A program made the position numbers and the translations under genes. Shown piece by piece: positions 20,457 to 29,572 of a stretch of DNA of 64,000 bases. A model generated the notes under the pieces. It was not told the DNA's origin. It ran no database searches and was given only the letters and a program-made list of their open reading frames with translations. This stretch comes from Minisyncoccota bacterium (GTDB lineage Bacteria; Patescibacteriota; Minisyncoccia; Phycocordibacterales; JAQTLZ01): the NCBI GenBank assembly GCA_028714635.1, contig JAQTLZ010000001.1, forward strand, positions 15,650 to 79,649, read 5' to 3'. Numbering within the stretch: position 1 is the stretch's first letter; each line of letters starts with the position of its first letter.

Positions 20457-20983
20457 CTTTCTCTGATTTTTTGACATTCGTCTTTTCGATTCTGACTTTG
20501 GTTGGAATCGTCCTCGTTGTCGTGCTTCTTGTTTTTCTCACCGCCAAAAATACGAGAAATAACAAAGTATTTGCTCACATTGATCAGTATGCGCACCACC
20601 ATGTTTTTTTTGTAGTATTTCTTTCTGTTTTAGGAAGTCTTCTCTATTCAAATGTTATTGGTTTCGAGCCCTGTACGCTCTGTTGGATTCAGCGGATCTT
20701 TATGTATCCGATGCTTGTGCTTCTCATTGTTTCGTTTGTAAGAAATGAATCGAAACTTATGCGTCCCTATCTGCTCTGGCTTTCAGGGCTTGGTGGACTT
20801 GTTGCTGTCTATCAGTACCTTCTTCAGTTTGGAATTGTCCCGAGCGTTGTCTGCAGCGCAACGGCAGTTTCCTGCGCGAAACTTTATGTTCTTGGTTTTG
20901 GCTTTGTGACGATTCCGCTCATGTCGCTCACGGTATTTGCCCTCGTTTTTCTCACCCTCTTGCTTCAAGGCTCTCGAAAATAA
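20453..20983 (+). CDS. Disulfide bond formation protein B-like (DsbB/BdbC)
   Basis: Four-TM protein with EPCTLCWIQR and a second Cys pair; translationally coupled to the DsbA-like gene. Confidence 0.55.
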   Translation: MTFSDFLTFVFSILTLVGIVLVVVLLVFLTAKNTRNNKVFAHIDQYAHHHVFFVVFLSVLGSLLYSNVIGFEPCTLCWIQRIFMYPMLVLLIVSFVRNESKLMRPYLLWLSGLGGLVAVYQYLLQFGIVPSVVCSATAVSCAKLYVLGFGFVTIPLMSLTVFALVFLTLLLQGSRK

Positions 20984-20998
20984 GTTTGCGCTCCTTCT

Positions 20999-21460
20999 AT
21001 GAAACGGAAATTGCTTACCGTGTGTCTTTTTCGGAAGGACGGAGAAGTTCTTTTGGGCATGAAGAAGCGTGGGTTTGGTATGGGACGCTGGAATGGGTTT
21101 GGTGGAAAAGTGGAAGTTGGGGAAACTATAGAAGAGGCCGCAATGCGTGAGGTGCTCGAAGAAATTAGCGTTTCCGTTTCTGAGATAGAAAAATTTGCAG
21201 AAATCCTTTTTTCGTTCGAGGGGAAAGAAGAAGTGCTCGATGTTCATTTTTTCAGTGCGTTGAAATGGACAGGGGAACCGAAAGAAAGTGAAGAAATGAA
21301 GCCTAAGTGGTTTCCTGTGGACAAAATTCCGTATAAAAAAATGTGGTCAGATGATGAGTACTGGTTTCCTCTTTTTTTGGCAGGTAAAAAATTCAAAGGC
21401 AAATTCCACTTTGACACGCGGGATAAAGTGTTAGAATATGAGCTCAATGAAGAAAAATAA
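20999..21460 (+). CDS. NUDIX hydrolase
   Basis: Nudix box GGKVEVGETIEEAAMREVLEEISV. Confidence 0.75.
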   Translation: MKRKLLTVCLFRKDGEVLLGMKKRGFGMGRWNGFGGKVEVGETIEEAAMREVLEEISVSVSEIEKFAEILFSFEGKEEVLDVHFFSALKWTGEPKESEEMKPKWFPVDKIPYKKMWSDDEYWFPLFLAGKKFKGKFHFDTRDKVLEYELNEEK

Positions 21461-21920
21461 AAAAGAAATTGTAGTTGTGACAAGCGGAGGCTTTGATCCG
21501 CTTCATATCGGCCATATAAGGCTTTTTGAGGAATCAAAAAAACTCGGAGATAAACTTATCATTATCTTAAACAATGATAACTGGCTTTTAAAGAAGAAAG
21601 GCTGTGTTTTTATGCCGGAGACTGAACGGAAAGAGATTATCGAAGCGCTTAGGATGGTTGATGAAGTTGTTCTCACCAAGCATCCAGAAAATCCTAACGA
21701 TATGAGCATTTGTCATATGCTCGAAGAAATTCGTCCGGATATTCTTTCGAAAGGGGGTGATCGCGACCAAAAAGATGCTAATAAAGCGAGCTCTTCCTTA
21801 AATCCAGAACAAAAGCTCTGCAAGCGTCTAGGAATCAAGCTGGTATTCAATGTAGGTCGTGGAGGTAAAGTTCAATCAAGCTCTTGGCTTATAGCGAAGG
21901 TGAAAGATAGTAAGAAATAG
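21438..21920 (+). CDS. Cytidylyltransferase-like nucleotidyltransferase (HxGH)
   Basis: VVTSGGFDPLHIGHIRLF motif. Confidence 0.55.
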   Translation: MSSMKKNKKEIVVVTSGGFDPLHIGHIRLFEESKKLGDKLIIILNNDNWLLKKKGCVFMPETERKEIIEALRMVDEVVLTKHPENPNDMSICHMLEEIRPDILSKGGDRDQKDANKASSSLNPEQKLCKRLGIKLVFNVGRGGKVQSSSWLIAKVKDSKK

Positions 21921-21943
21921 GAATAAAATTTTCGATATTCTGG

Positions 21944-21987
21944 TATACCCCCACACCAACTTCTGAAAAAGTTGGTGTGGGGGTATA
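21944..21987. terminator. Perfect 17-bp hairpin overlapping a TATAAT box
   Basis: TATACCCCCACACCAAC-TTCTGAAAAA-GTTGGTGTGGGGGTATA; the 3' arm runs into GGGTATAAT 10 nt before the next ATG. Confidence 0.45.
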
Positions 21988-21996
21988 ATAGGACGC

Positions 21997-22422
21997 ATGC
22001 TCAGCTTCTTCAAGAAAATCCAAAATCTGTTCGATAAATTCGAAGATAAAATCCGTTTTAATTTCAGCAGGCATCCTGTTCCGTATAGTCTCGTGGCGGG
22101 CGTGTTTATTGTTCTTTTTTGGAAAGGAATTGAGGATACAGCCAGCATGTTTCCTTCTATCACTGGCCCGCACCTCATTCTTATCAGTGTGCCGGTACTT
22201 CTCATGACGGGTGTCTTTGTATCCTTCTTTGTCACTGACGGAGTTATTTTGTCAGGACTCAAGAAAGAACAGAAGGTTGTGCAGGAAGCAGAAATACAAA
22301 TTAAAGAAGAAAAAGCCGAAATTAAACAAGAGGATATTCTTTTGAAAAAAGTTGCTGAAAAGCTCGACGAAATCGATAGGGAAGTCCATCATATTGAAGA
22401 ACGTCTCGATAAGCAGAAATAA
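21997..22422 (+). CDS. Hypothetical membrane / coiled-coil protein
   Basis: 141-aa ORF with two TM segments and a charged coiled-coil tail. Confidence 0.3.
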   Translation: MLSFFKKIQNLFDKFEDKIRFNFSRHPVPYSLVAGVFIVLFWKGIEDTASMFPSITGPHLILISVPVLLMTGVFVSFFVTDGVILSGLKKEQKVVQEAEIQIKEEKAEIKQEDILLKKVAEKLDEIDREVHHIEERLDKQK

Positions 22423-22508
22423 AATGGATCCCGTTAGAAGCAATCAATATTTATATCACATGCTTTATTCTAAACATTATCAATTAATCGAAGGTAGCTT
22501 CTAACGGG

Positions 22509-23075
22509 ATGGAAAAACTCTCTATACCAGTAATACTTGGAACTGCCCGCGAGGGGCGATGGTCTGAAAAGGTCGCGCATTTGATGTTCAAGGAAATAAA
22601 AAAACGTTCGGAAGTCGATTCCGTGTTTATTGATGTCAAAGATTATATTTTAGGAAAAACGGCGCGATTTGGTTCTGAACAAAATGAGAAAAATGAAGCG
22701 TGGCATGAAGTGGCAGAAAAGGCGGACGGATTTCTTTTTGTTATCCCGGAGTACAATCACTCCTTTCCTGGGGAATTTAAAATGTTCATCGATTCTCTTT
22801 TTAAAGAATACGCGAAAAAACCAGTAGCGATTTGCGGGGTATCGGACGGAGCATTTGGCGGGACGAGAATGATCGACGCGGTAAGGCCGGTTTTAAGTTA
22901 TCTCGGAATGATCCCCGTTAATCCTCCTGTCCAATTTATGAAGGTGAATACGATCTTTGATGCAAGCGGTGTGCTTCTTGACGAATCTTATAATAAAAAA
23001 ATTGCCACGACATTGGACGAGCTTATTCAATACACGAAAGCAATGAAAGAGGTTAGAAAAACCCTAAAAAAATGA
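22509..23075 (+). CDS. NAD(P)H-dependent FMN reductase-like flavoprotein
   Basis: Flavodoxin-like fold; ILGTAREGRWSEKVA...FVIPEYNHSFPG. Confidence 0.55.
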   Translation: MEKLSIPVILGTAREGRWSEKVAHLMFKEIKKRSEVDSVFIDVKDYILGKTARFGSEQNEKNEAWHEVAEKADGFLFVIPEYNHSFPGEFKMFIDSLFKEYAKKPVAICGVSDGAFGGTRMIDAVRPVLSYLGMIPVNPPVQFMKVNTIFDASGVLLDESYNKKIATTLDELIQYTKAMKEVRKTLKK

Positions 23076-23968
23076 TATTCAAGAAAAAAATCAAAGCAGT
23101 AACGCATAATGGCTATTTTCACGCTGACGACGTGTTCTCGGCCGCGCTACTCCTTATCGTGCTTGGAGAAAATATTTCTTTCACTCGAACACGCAACGAA
23201 AAAGAAATTCAAGACGCTGATTATACTTTTGATGTTGGGGGGGTGTATAATCCGTCGAAACATCGGTACGACCATCATCAAACTGGAGGCGCTGGCAAAA
23301 GAGAAAATGGCATTCCATACGCGGCGTTCGGACTTTTTTGGAAACAATATGGAGAAAAAATGTGCGGCTCTATTGGAGTTGCGGAAAAAATTGAAAAGAA
23401 ATTAGTGATGCCGATTGATGCGAATGATGTTGGCGTTGATATTGTAAAATCAATTTACCCTGAAATTTCTTCTTATACAGTAAACGATATTGTCTCTTCT
23501 TTCAGGCCATCGTGGAAGGAAGACGACGATACTATGGATGCATGCTTTATGGAAGCCGTAAGGTGGGCAAAGACAATTCTTTCTCGAGAAATTAAAAAAG
23601 CAAAAGACGCGGAAGAGGCGCAGCAATTTGTGGAGAAAGCGTACGAGGAAGCGAGCGATAAACGTCTCATTATTCTTTCCAGAAAATACCCATGGGGAGA
23701 TACACTTCGAAAACATCCAGAACCGCTTTTTGTTGTTCAAGAAAATACTATTGATAATACCTGGCGTGCCTACGCTGTTTCGAAAGACAAAAATACCTTT
23801 GAGAATAGGAAAAATTTTCCTGCGAGTTGGGCCGGAAAAAAAGACGCGGAATTGGCTTCGATCACTGGAGTGCCAGATGCGAGATTTTGTCATAATGGGT
23901 TATTTTTAGCAGTTGCAAAATCAAAAGAGGGAGCTCTCAAACTTGCTGATATCGCTCTAAAAAGCTAG
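23072..23968 (+). CDS. MYG1/UPF0160-family metal-dependent hydrolase
   Basis: VTHNGYFHADDVFSAALL signature. Confidence 0.7.
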   Translation: MIFKKKIKAVTHNGYFHADDVFSAALLLIVLGENISFTRTRNEKEIQDADYTFDVGGVYNPSKHRYDHHQTGGAGKRENGIPYAAFGLFWKQYGEKMCGSIGVAEKIEKKLVMPIDANDVGVDIVKSIYPEISSYTVNDIVSSFRPSWKEDDDTMDACFMEAVRWAKTILSREIKKAKDAEEAQQFVEKAYEEASDKRLIILSRKYPWGDTLRKHPEPLFVVQENTIDNTWRAYAVSKDKNTFENRKNFPASWAGKKDAELASITGVPDARFCHNGLFLAVAKSKEGALKLADIALKS

Positions 23969-23980
23969 GCTTGTAGCACT

Positions 23981-25087
23981 ATGGCTTTTATCGACGAAAT
24001 CACGCTTCATATGAAAGCCGGAAAGGGCGGGGACGGCTATGTTGGCTGGCGCAATGAAAAGGGGCGCGAATTCGGCGGGCCTGCAGGAGGGAATGGCGGC
24101 CGCGGAGGCGACGTGTATGTTCGGGGTGTTCGTGATTACACGATTCTTCTCAAATATCGAAATATAAAAGATTTTGCCGCAAAAAATGGTCAGAATGGAA
24201 TGGGAGGAAATGTGTGGGGCAAAAACGGGCAGGATCTCATTTTGGATGTACCGATTGGTTCGGTACTCACTAATGAGACGACTGGAGAAAAATTCGAGGT
24301 GTTGAAAGAGGGCGAGCTCATTTTCCTTTTGAAAGGCGGAAAGGCGGGGCTTGGAAATGCAGAATTTAAAGGACCGAAAAATGTTGCGCCAGAGCAATTC
24401 ACGCTTGGAAATGAAGGGGAGAGGGCAGATTTCTTTCTCGAACTTCAGCTTGTCGTGGATCTCGGGTTTGTCGGATTTCCCAATGCTGGGAAATCATCTC
24501 TTTTGAATGAACTTACCCGAGCGCACGCAAAAGTTGCTGCGTATCAATTTACGACTCTCGAGCCGAACTTGGGAGATTTGCACGGCTACATTCTTGCCGA
24601 TATTCCAGGGCTCATCGAAGGCGCGTCGGAAGGAAAAGGACTTGGTTTTAAATTTTTGCGTCACGTCAATCGCACCAAAGCGATTTTGCATCTCGTTTCT
24701 CTCGAAAATGAAAATATTACGGAAGCGTACAAAACGATTCGCGGAGAACTTGCGACGTATAGCAAGGAGCTTTCGGAAAAGAAAGAAATTTTACTCCTTA
24801 CAAAAACAGATTTGGTAACGCCGGCAGTTTTGAAAAAGAAAATTGCGGAAGCGAAGAAACTCAACAAACTTGTCTTCACGCTTTCAATCATTGATGACAA
24901 ATCTATAAAGGAATTCAAAGATTCGCTCATAAAAATCCTGCGAGAACTCGAAAAAGAATCCGGTGTAAAGAAGAAATCTAAAAAGGAGGAAGATGAAGCT
25001 GTAGTATTTAAAACAGACACGGCCCCCACGAAATTTCTTGAAGAAAGAGCAGAACGAGCGGCGAAAAAAATAAAGGGAAAGAAATAA
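23981..25087 (+). CDS. obg: GTPase Obg
   Basis: Gly-rich Obg fold (GGDGGRGGDVYV) and G-domain motifs (GFPNAGKSSLL). Confidence 0.9.
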   Translation: MAFIDEITLHMKAGKGGDGYVGWRNEKGREFGGPAGGNGGRGGDVYVRGVRDYTILLKYRNIKDFAAKNGQNGMGGNVWGKNGQDLILDVPIGSVLTNETTGEKFEVLKEGELIFLLKGGKAGLGNAEFKGPKNVAPEQFTLGNEGERADFFLELQLVVDLGFVGFPNAGKSSLLNELTRAHAKVAAYQFTTLEPNLGDLHGYILADIPGLIEGASEGKGLGFKFLRHVNRTKAILHLVSLENENITEAYKTIRGELATYSKELSEKKEILLLTKTDLVTPAVLKKKIAEAKKLNKLVFTLSIIDDKSIKEFKDSLIKILRELEKESGVKKKSKKEEDEAVVFKTDTAPTKFLEERAERAAKKIKGKK

Positions 25088-25089
25088 TT

Positions 25090-25953
25090 TTGTATATCTC
25101 TAGGCCGAGTGATATAGTGCAATTGGAACGGCCAAGCCTGTATCGGGTCCTTCGACTCGATCAAGAGGCTCATGCCATAGATAAAGGAGCTTTCTCGATG
25201 CAGAAGGCAACGTTAGAAGAAGCAGGACCAATCCTGAAATTTTTCGAGGATATGTCCAAGGAGGAACTCTGCGAGTTGCGCAAAAGCGGAGCGCTTGCAG
25301 AACTGGTAACTGCGGGAAGGTCGAAGCGGATTTCACCGGATGCGAGGGACAAGATCCGGGGAGCGCTTGGACTTCTTCCTCGCACGTTGAGTCTTTCGGC
25401 ATGCAAACACCCACTCTTCGAGTTGGTGAAGGAGAATATTTTTGTTCCTGAATGCAAGAAGTATACACCGATCACTTGTTTCTTTGGTATGAAGAGCGGT
25501 GTCATGTACGATACCCATCTTCTGCATGATAACCGATTGTGGCCGGGAAAAGAGAAAATTGCTCTTTCCGCCTATGAGGCATGCGTCGAATCCGGAGATT
25601 TAAGACTCGACACCAAAAGTGCGGTAGAAGCGATCATTGGCAAATCATTACCTGGCGATGGGGCCAAAGAATGGCTCTTGGAAAGTGACAAGCTTATGGC
25701 TCTGCCACAGGTTCAGTCTCTGCTCTTACGCGATGACGCGGGGGAGGGACTGCTTCTGGGTCAACGGCCGGATAATGTATATAAAGACGGAAAGAATTTT
25801 TTTCTGGTACGCGGGCCAGAGGATACTGTCATTTCCGTCTGCGTCGGACGGTCAGGAGATTTTAAATTGAAATGGTCTGTAACAAAGCAGGATGGACTCG
25901 GGGGAATTGGCCCGTATTTCCATCATGGTGATTATTTCTGGGTTCCGTCGTAG
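25090..25953 (+). CDS. Hypothetical protein, higher GC than its neighbours
   Basis: 287-aa ORF with no recognised family; alternative start near 25198; followed by a strong terminator. Confidence 0.35.
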   Translation: MYISRPSDIVQLERPSLYRVLRLDQEAHAIDKGAFSMQKATLEEAGPILKFFEDMSKEELCELRKSGALAELVTAGRSKRISPDARDKIRGALGLLPRTLSLSACKHPLFELVKENIFVPECKKYTPITCFFGMKSGVMYDTHLLHDNRLWPGKEKIALSAYEACVESGDLRLDTKSAVEAIIGKSLPGDGAKEWLLESDKLMALPQVQSLLLRDDAGEGLLLGQRPDNVYKDGKNFFLVRGPEDTVISVCVGRSGDFKLKWSVTKQDGLGGIGPYFHHGDYFWVPS

Positions 25954-25963
25954 GTGAAAATTT

Positions 25964-26000
25964 GGCGTCGCGCGTACTCGCGCGACGCCTTTTCTTTTTG
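25964..26000 (+). terminator. Rho-independent terminator
   Basis: GGCGTCGCGCG-TACTC-CGCGCGACGCC followed by TTTTCTTTTTG. Confidence 0.75.
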
Positions 26001-26035
26001 TTTCAAAAGAGCGTGCAGAAAGAGCAGCAAAAAAA

Positions 26036-26071
26036 TTGAAAAAATAAACGACTTCCACTCGGAAGTCGTTT
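26036..26071 (-). terminator. Rho-independent terminator for the minus-strand gene
   Basis: AAACGACTTCC-ACTC-GGAAGTCGTTT with a T-run on the minus strand. Confidence 0.6.
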
Positions 26072-26101
26072 CACTCATGAAATTCTGCGGTCATTTCGGC
26101 A

Positions 26102-26470
26102 CTACATTCTCTGCGTGATAGCAGTGAGTGTCACCTTACGGCATCGAACCATGCCGGTCTTTCTCATCTCCAGCCAGTAAATCACTCCGCTGACCGGGGT
26201 CTGTTTCTCGTCCATGTCGCCACCCCCGGGCCTGACCTCGATATTGAAGGTGCGGAGGTAGTTCCGGATTCCCTTGTTGTTGTAGAGCGAATCGTGCCCC
26301 CATGCGCCTTCTTTGACGAGAGCGTCAATTGCTTCCCGGAGGGGGACCTTCTCAATCGAAATGTGTGCCCCCTGCTCCGCCGTCAAGGCGAACATTTTAT
26401 GGTGGAGACTCGCCGTCACAATGCAGTCTTTTTCGCCCGCGAGACCGCCACCAACCGCTATTTTTCTCAT
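26102..26470 (-). CDS. Hypothetical protein
   Basis: 122-aa ORF of moderately elevated GC; no recognised family. Confidence 0.35.
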   Translation of the reverse strand: MRKIAVGGGLAGEKDCIVTASLHHKMFALTAEQGAHISIEKVPLREAIDALVKEGAWGHDSLYNNKGIRNYLRTFNIEVRPGGGDMDEKQTPVSGVIYWLEMRKTGMVRCRKVTLTAITQRM

Positions 26471-26609
26471 TCCTTTTTTCCTCCTAGTGAACTGGGTTTA
26501 ATTGCACCGGGTCCAATTATATGACATATATTGTGCTATTGTCAAGCACTGTATTTGTTTTCTCAAGTCTCTCTGTTTTTAGGACATATTTTCTGCTATA
26601 GTTTCTCTT

Positions 26610-28058
26610 ATGTCAGAGAAGAAATACTACACAACCGTTGGACTTGAGGTGCATGCTGAACTTAAAACGCAGACCAAAATGTTCTGTAATTCTAAGAACG
26701 ACCCCGACGAGGAACGTCCGAATGTGAATATTTGCCCAGTATGTATGGGGCATCCTGGGACGCTTCCCGTAGTAAACAAAGAAGCTGTGAAGCATGTTTT
26801 GAAAGTTGGTGTCGCTGTCGGCGGAGAACTTGCAGATTTTACTGAATTTGACCGCAAAAATTATTTCTATCCGGATATTCCAAAAGGTTATCAGATTTCT
26901 CAATACAAATATCCGCTTGTTTCTGGTGGGGAACTCGCCGGGGTGAAATTAACACGTGTGCATCTTGAGGAAGATACAGGGACATCCAAACACGAGGAAG
27001 GAGATTTCAGTTTGGTTGATTTTAATCGCGCGGGAGTGCCACTTATGGAACTTGTGACCGAGCCGGTGATTCATTCAGCCGAAGAAGCGACAAATTTCGC
27101 GAAAGAATTGCAACTCCTTTTACGAACTCTCGGTGCAGGCGAAGCGAATATGGAAAAAGGCGAGATGCGCGTTGAAGCGAACATCTCTGTTTCGGACGAC
27201 CCAAAAAAATTTGGTACGAAAGTTGAAGTAAAAAACTTAAATTCATTTCGTTCTGTTGGGCGGGCTATTGAATATGAAGTGGAACGTCATATTCGGATGA
27301 TCGAAAAGGGAGAAAAAATCGAACAAGAGACTCGTGGGTGGGACGAGACAAAAGAGACGACTTACTCACAGCGAAAGAAAGAAGATTCTCACGATTATCG
27401 CTATTTTCCAGACCCAGATATTCCGAAACTTTGGATTTCTGAAATTCCGGAATTTTCTGCTGAAAATCTGAAAAAAGAAATGCCAGAATTGCCGTGGATA
27501 AAACGAGAGAAATATAAAAAATATAAACTCAAACCAGAAGAAATTGAAGTGTCTCTCCAGCACCCCACTTTGGGAGACTATATAGAAGAACTTTCTCGAG
27601 AATTCAAGGAAGATATTGAACATGTGAGGCTCGCGGCGAATTATTTGTACTCGGATATCTTGGGAATTTTGAAATCTGCTACCAAAGCGGGAGAGACTTT
27701 CGATTTTTCGAAATCTGAAAAAATGATTACGCCGAAACAGCTTGCCGAGATCACCAGAATGCTCAAATCCGGAGAAATTTCATCTCGCGGAGCAAAAGAT
27801 ATCTTGGCAGTTATTATGAAAGATGGAGGAGATCCGAAAAAGATTGCAGACGAGAAGGGTTTAATCCAAAAAAGCGACCCGGAAGCGCTGAAAAAAATTA
27901 TTGAGAAAATTATTGCCGATAATCCGAAAGCTGTCTCTGAATACAAAGCCGGTAAGCTCAACAATCTCCAATTTCTCATCGGCCAAGCGATGAAAGAGAC
28001 AAAAGGCTCGGCAAATCCAGCGCTGCTCAAAGAACTTTTTGAAGGTGCACTCAAGTAG
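26610..28058 (+). CDS. gatB: Asp-tRNA(Asn)/Glu-tRNA(Gln) amidotransferase subunit B
   Basis: YYTTVGLEVHAELKTQTKMFC... and a C-terminal GatB_Yqey domain. Confidence 0.9.
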   Translation: MSEKKYYTTVGLEVHAELKTQTKMFCNSKNDPDEERPNVNICPVCMGHPGTLPVVNKEAVKHVLKVGVAVGGELADFTEFDRKNYFYPDIPKGYQISQYKYPLVSGGELAGVKLTRVHLEEDTGTSKHEEGDFSLVDFNRAGVPLMELVTEPVIHSAEEATNFAKELQLLLRTLGAGEANMEKGEMRVEANISVSDDPKKFGTKVEVKNLNSFRSVGRAIEYEVERHIRMIEKGEKIEQETRGWDETKETTYSQRKKEDSHDYRYFPDPDIPKLWISEIPEFSAENLKKEMPELPWIKREKYKKYKLKPEEIEVSLQHPTLGDYIEELSREFKEDIEHVRLAANYLYSDILGILKSATKAGETFDFSKSEKMITPKQLAEITRMLKSGEISSRGAKDILAVIMKDGGDPKKIADEKGLIQKSDPEALKKIIEKIIADNPKAVSEYKAGKLNNLQFLIGQAMKETKGSANPALLKELFEGALK

Positions 28059-28125
28059 CTTTCTTTTCACTTTGGGCGTATTCTTTCACGGGAGTAGTTT
28101 TTTCTTTTTTCACTGGAGGTGACAC

Positions 28126-28377
28126 ATGGACACGGACCACCCGAGTTCACATGAACCTTTTCACAGGAGTTGGCCAACGACCGGCTCAATTGCTCACCGT
28201 AGGCCAAACTTTCCGTGGCCACACCGAAGGCGCGAACCTTTGGAGGAACCTGGACCGGCGACCGTGATACCGACACCGGATCGCTGCGGCCGGTGTAGCA
28301 CTGTTTTGACCACGCCACTTCCTGCCACTTGCCCGCACTGTGGCAGAAACCTTGGGATCCAAGGAAAGCACAACTGA
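28126..28377 (+). CDS. Putative small zinc-ribbon protein (83 aa); could instead be a structured RNA
   Basis: Strong GGAGGTG SD 4 nt before the ATG; CGRCS...CPHCG double CxxC; followed by a terminator. The segment is high-GC and open on both strands, so an RNA gene cannot be excluded. Confidence 0.3.
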   Translation: MDTDHPSSHEPFHRSWPTTGSIAHRRPNFPWPHRRREPLEEPGPATVIPTPDRCGRCSTVLTTPLPATCPHCGRNLGIQGKHN

Positions 28378-28391
28378 TTGTGAAGACTGCA

Positions 28392-28420
28392 AGACCGCCG
28401 AAAGACGGTCTTTTTTGTTT
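28392..28420 (+). terminator. Rho-independent terminator
   Basis: AGACCG-CCGAAAGA-CGGTCT followed by TTTTTTGTTT. Confidence 0.6.
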
Positions 28421-28440
28421 CCCGAGAATCTTGCTATAAT
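28405..28440 (+). promoter_or_regulatory. Candidate extended -10 promoter for gap (TGCTATAAT)
   Basis: TGnTATAAT at 28432-28440, ~35 nt before the gap ATG. Confidence 0.3.
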
Positions 28441-28474
28441 AACTCTATCTTTTATAAAAAATAATTTTTACTTT

Positions 28475-29512
28475 ATGGCGAAAATTCGAGTTGCGATTAA
28501 TGGGTTTGGCAGAATTGGACGGGCGTTTCTCAAAGTCTCTCTTGAACACAAGGAATTGGAGGTGGTGGCGGTGAATGACCTCACTTCGATCGAAAATATC
28601 GCGTATCTTTTAAAATATGACACTGCATATGGCACTTCGCCGTTTGAAGTGAAAATCAAAGACCCAACGACACTTCTTGTGGCGGGGAAAGAAATCGCCT
28701 ACATTTCCGAAAAAGATGCGACCAAATTACCCTGGAAGGCTCACGACATCGATGTAGTAGTAGAATCCACTGGACTTTTCACAGAATTTGCAAAAGCGAA
28801 AGTGCACCTCGACGCTGGTGCAAAAAAAGTGGTTATTACTGCTCCCGCAAAAGATGAGCCTCTCGCTGACACTCCATCCGGCACGTTCCTTCTTGGAATC
28901 AATAGCGACAAAATTAAATCCTGTTCAATTACCTCGAACGCTTCTTGCACCACAAACGCAGCAAGCCCGCTTATCGCAATCCTTCACGAAACAATTGGAA
29001 TTGAAAAGGCAATTTTGAATACGGTGCATGGATATACTGCGAGCCAGTCTCTCGTTGACGGCCCAAGTAAGAAAGATTTCCGAGAGGGAAGAGCAGCAGC
29101 AATGAACATCGTGCCTTCTTCCACAGGTGCAGCAATTGCTGTGACGAAAGCATTACCAGAGCTCGCTGGGAAATTTGATGGCATATCAGTGCGAGTGCCC
29201 GTCGTTACCGGCTCTATAGTGGACGTAACATTTATTGCAAAACGAAATACGACGAAAGAAGAAATAAACGACATCTTGAAAAAAGCCGCAACTGATAAAC
29301 GATGGTCAAAGACCTTCTCTGTAACAGAAGAACAGCTTGTATCAAGGGACATCGTCGGAAGCCCATTTGCTTCCATTGCCGACCTTAATTTCACCCGAGT
29401 TGTAGACGGAAATTTAGTAAAAGTAATGGCATGGTACGACAACGAAATGGGGTATACGCATACCCTGGTGGAGCATGTGGTACTTGCTGGGAAAGCAGAG
29501 ATTGACCAATGA
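28475..29512 (+). CDS. gap: Glyceraldehyde-3-phosphate dehydrogenase, type I
   Basis: MAKIRVAINGFGRIGR...SCTTN...AWYDNEMGYT; start at the internal Met, not the ORF-track start; the last ~20 codons look element-supplied. Confidence 0.9.
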   Translation: MAKIRVAINGFGRIGRAFLKVSLEHKELEVVAVNDLTSIENIAYLLKYDTAYGTSPFEVKIKDPTTLLVAGKEIAYISEKDATKLPWKAHDIDVVVESTGLFTEFAKAKVHLDAGAKKVVITAPAKDEPLADTPSGTFLLGINSDKIKSCSITSNASCTTNAASPLIAILHETIGIEKAILNTVHGYTASQSLVDGPSKKDFREGRAAAMNIVPSSTGAAIAVTKALPELAGKFDGISVRVPVVTGSIVDVTFIAKRNTTKEEINDILKKAATDKRWSKTFSVTEEQLVSRDIVGSPFASIADLNFTRVVDGNLVKVMAWYDNEMGYTHTLVEHVVLAGKAEIDQ

Positions 29513-29572
29513 ATTAGTAGCTTCGCTTGTCGGTCGAATTATCAGAATCGCTTTTCGCTATTCGTTCAACAG

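Noticed and set aside
28060-28425. RNase P RNA, SRP RNA or tmRNA in the high-GC unit upstream of gap
   Set aside because: Hallmark motifs (AGGAAAGTCCGGGC P4 strand, GGAAGGAAGCAGC SRP domain IV, tmRNA tag-ORF ending and T-arm) are not found on either strand. It is kept only as an alternative in the findings.
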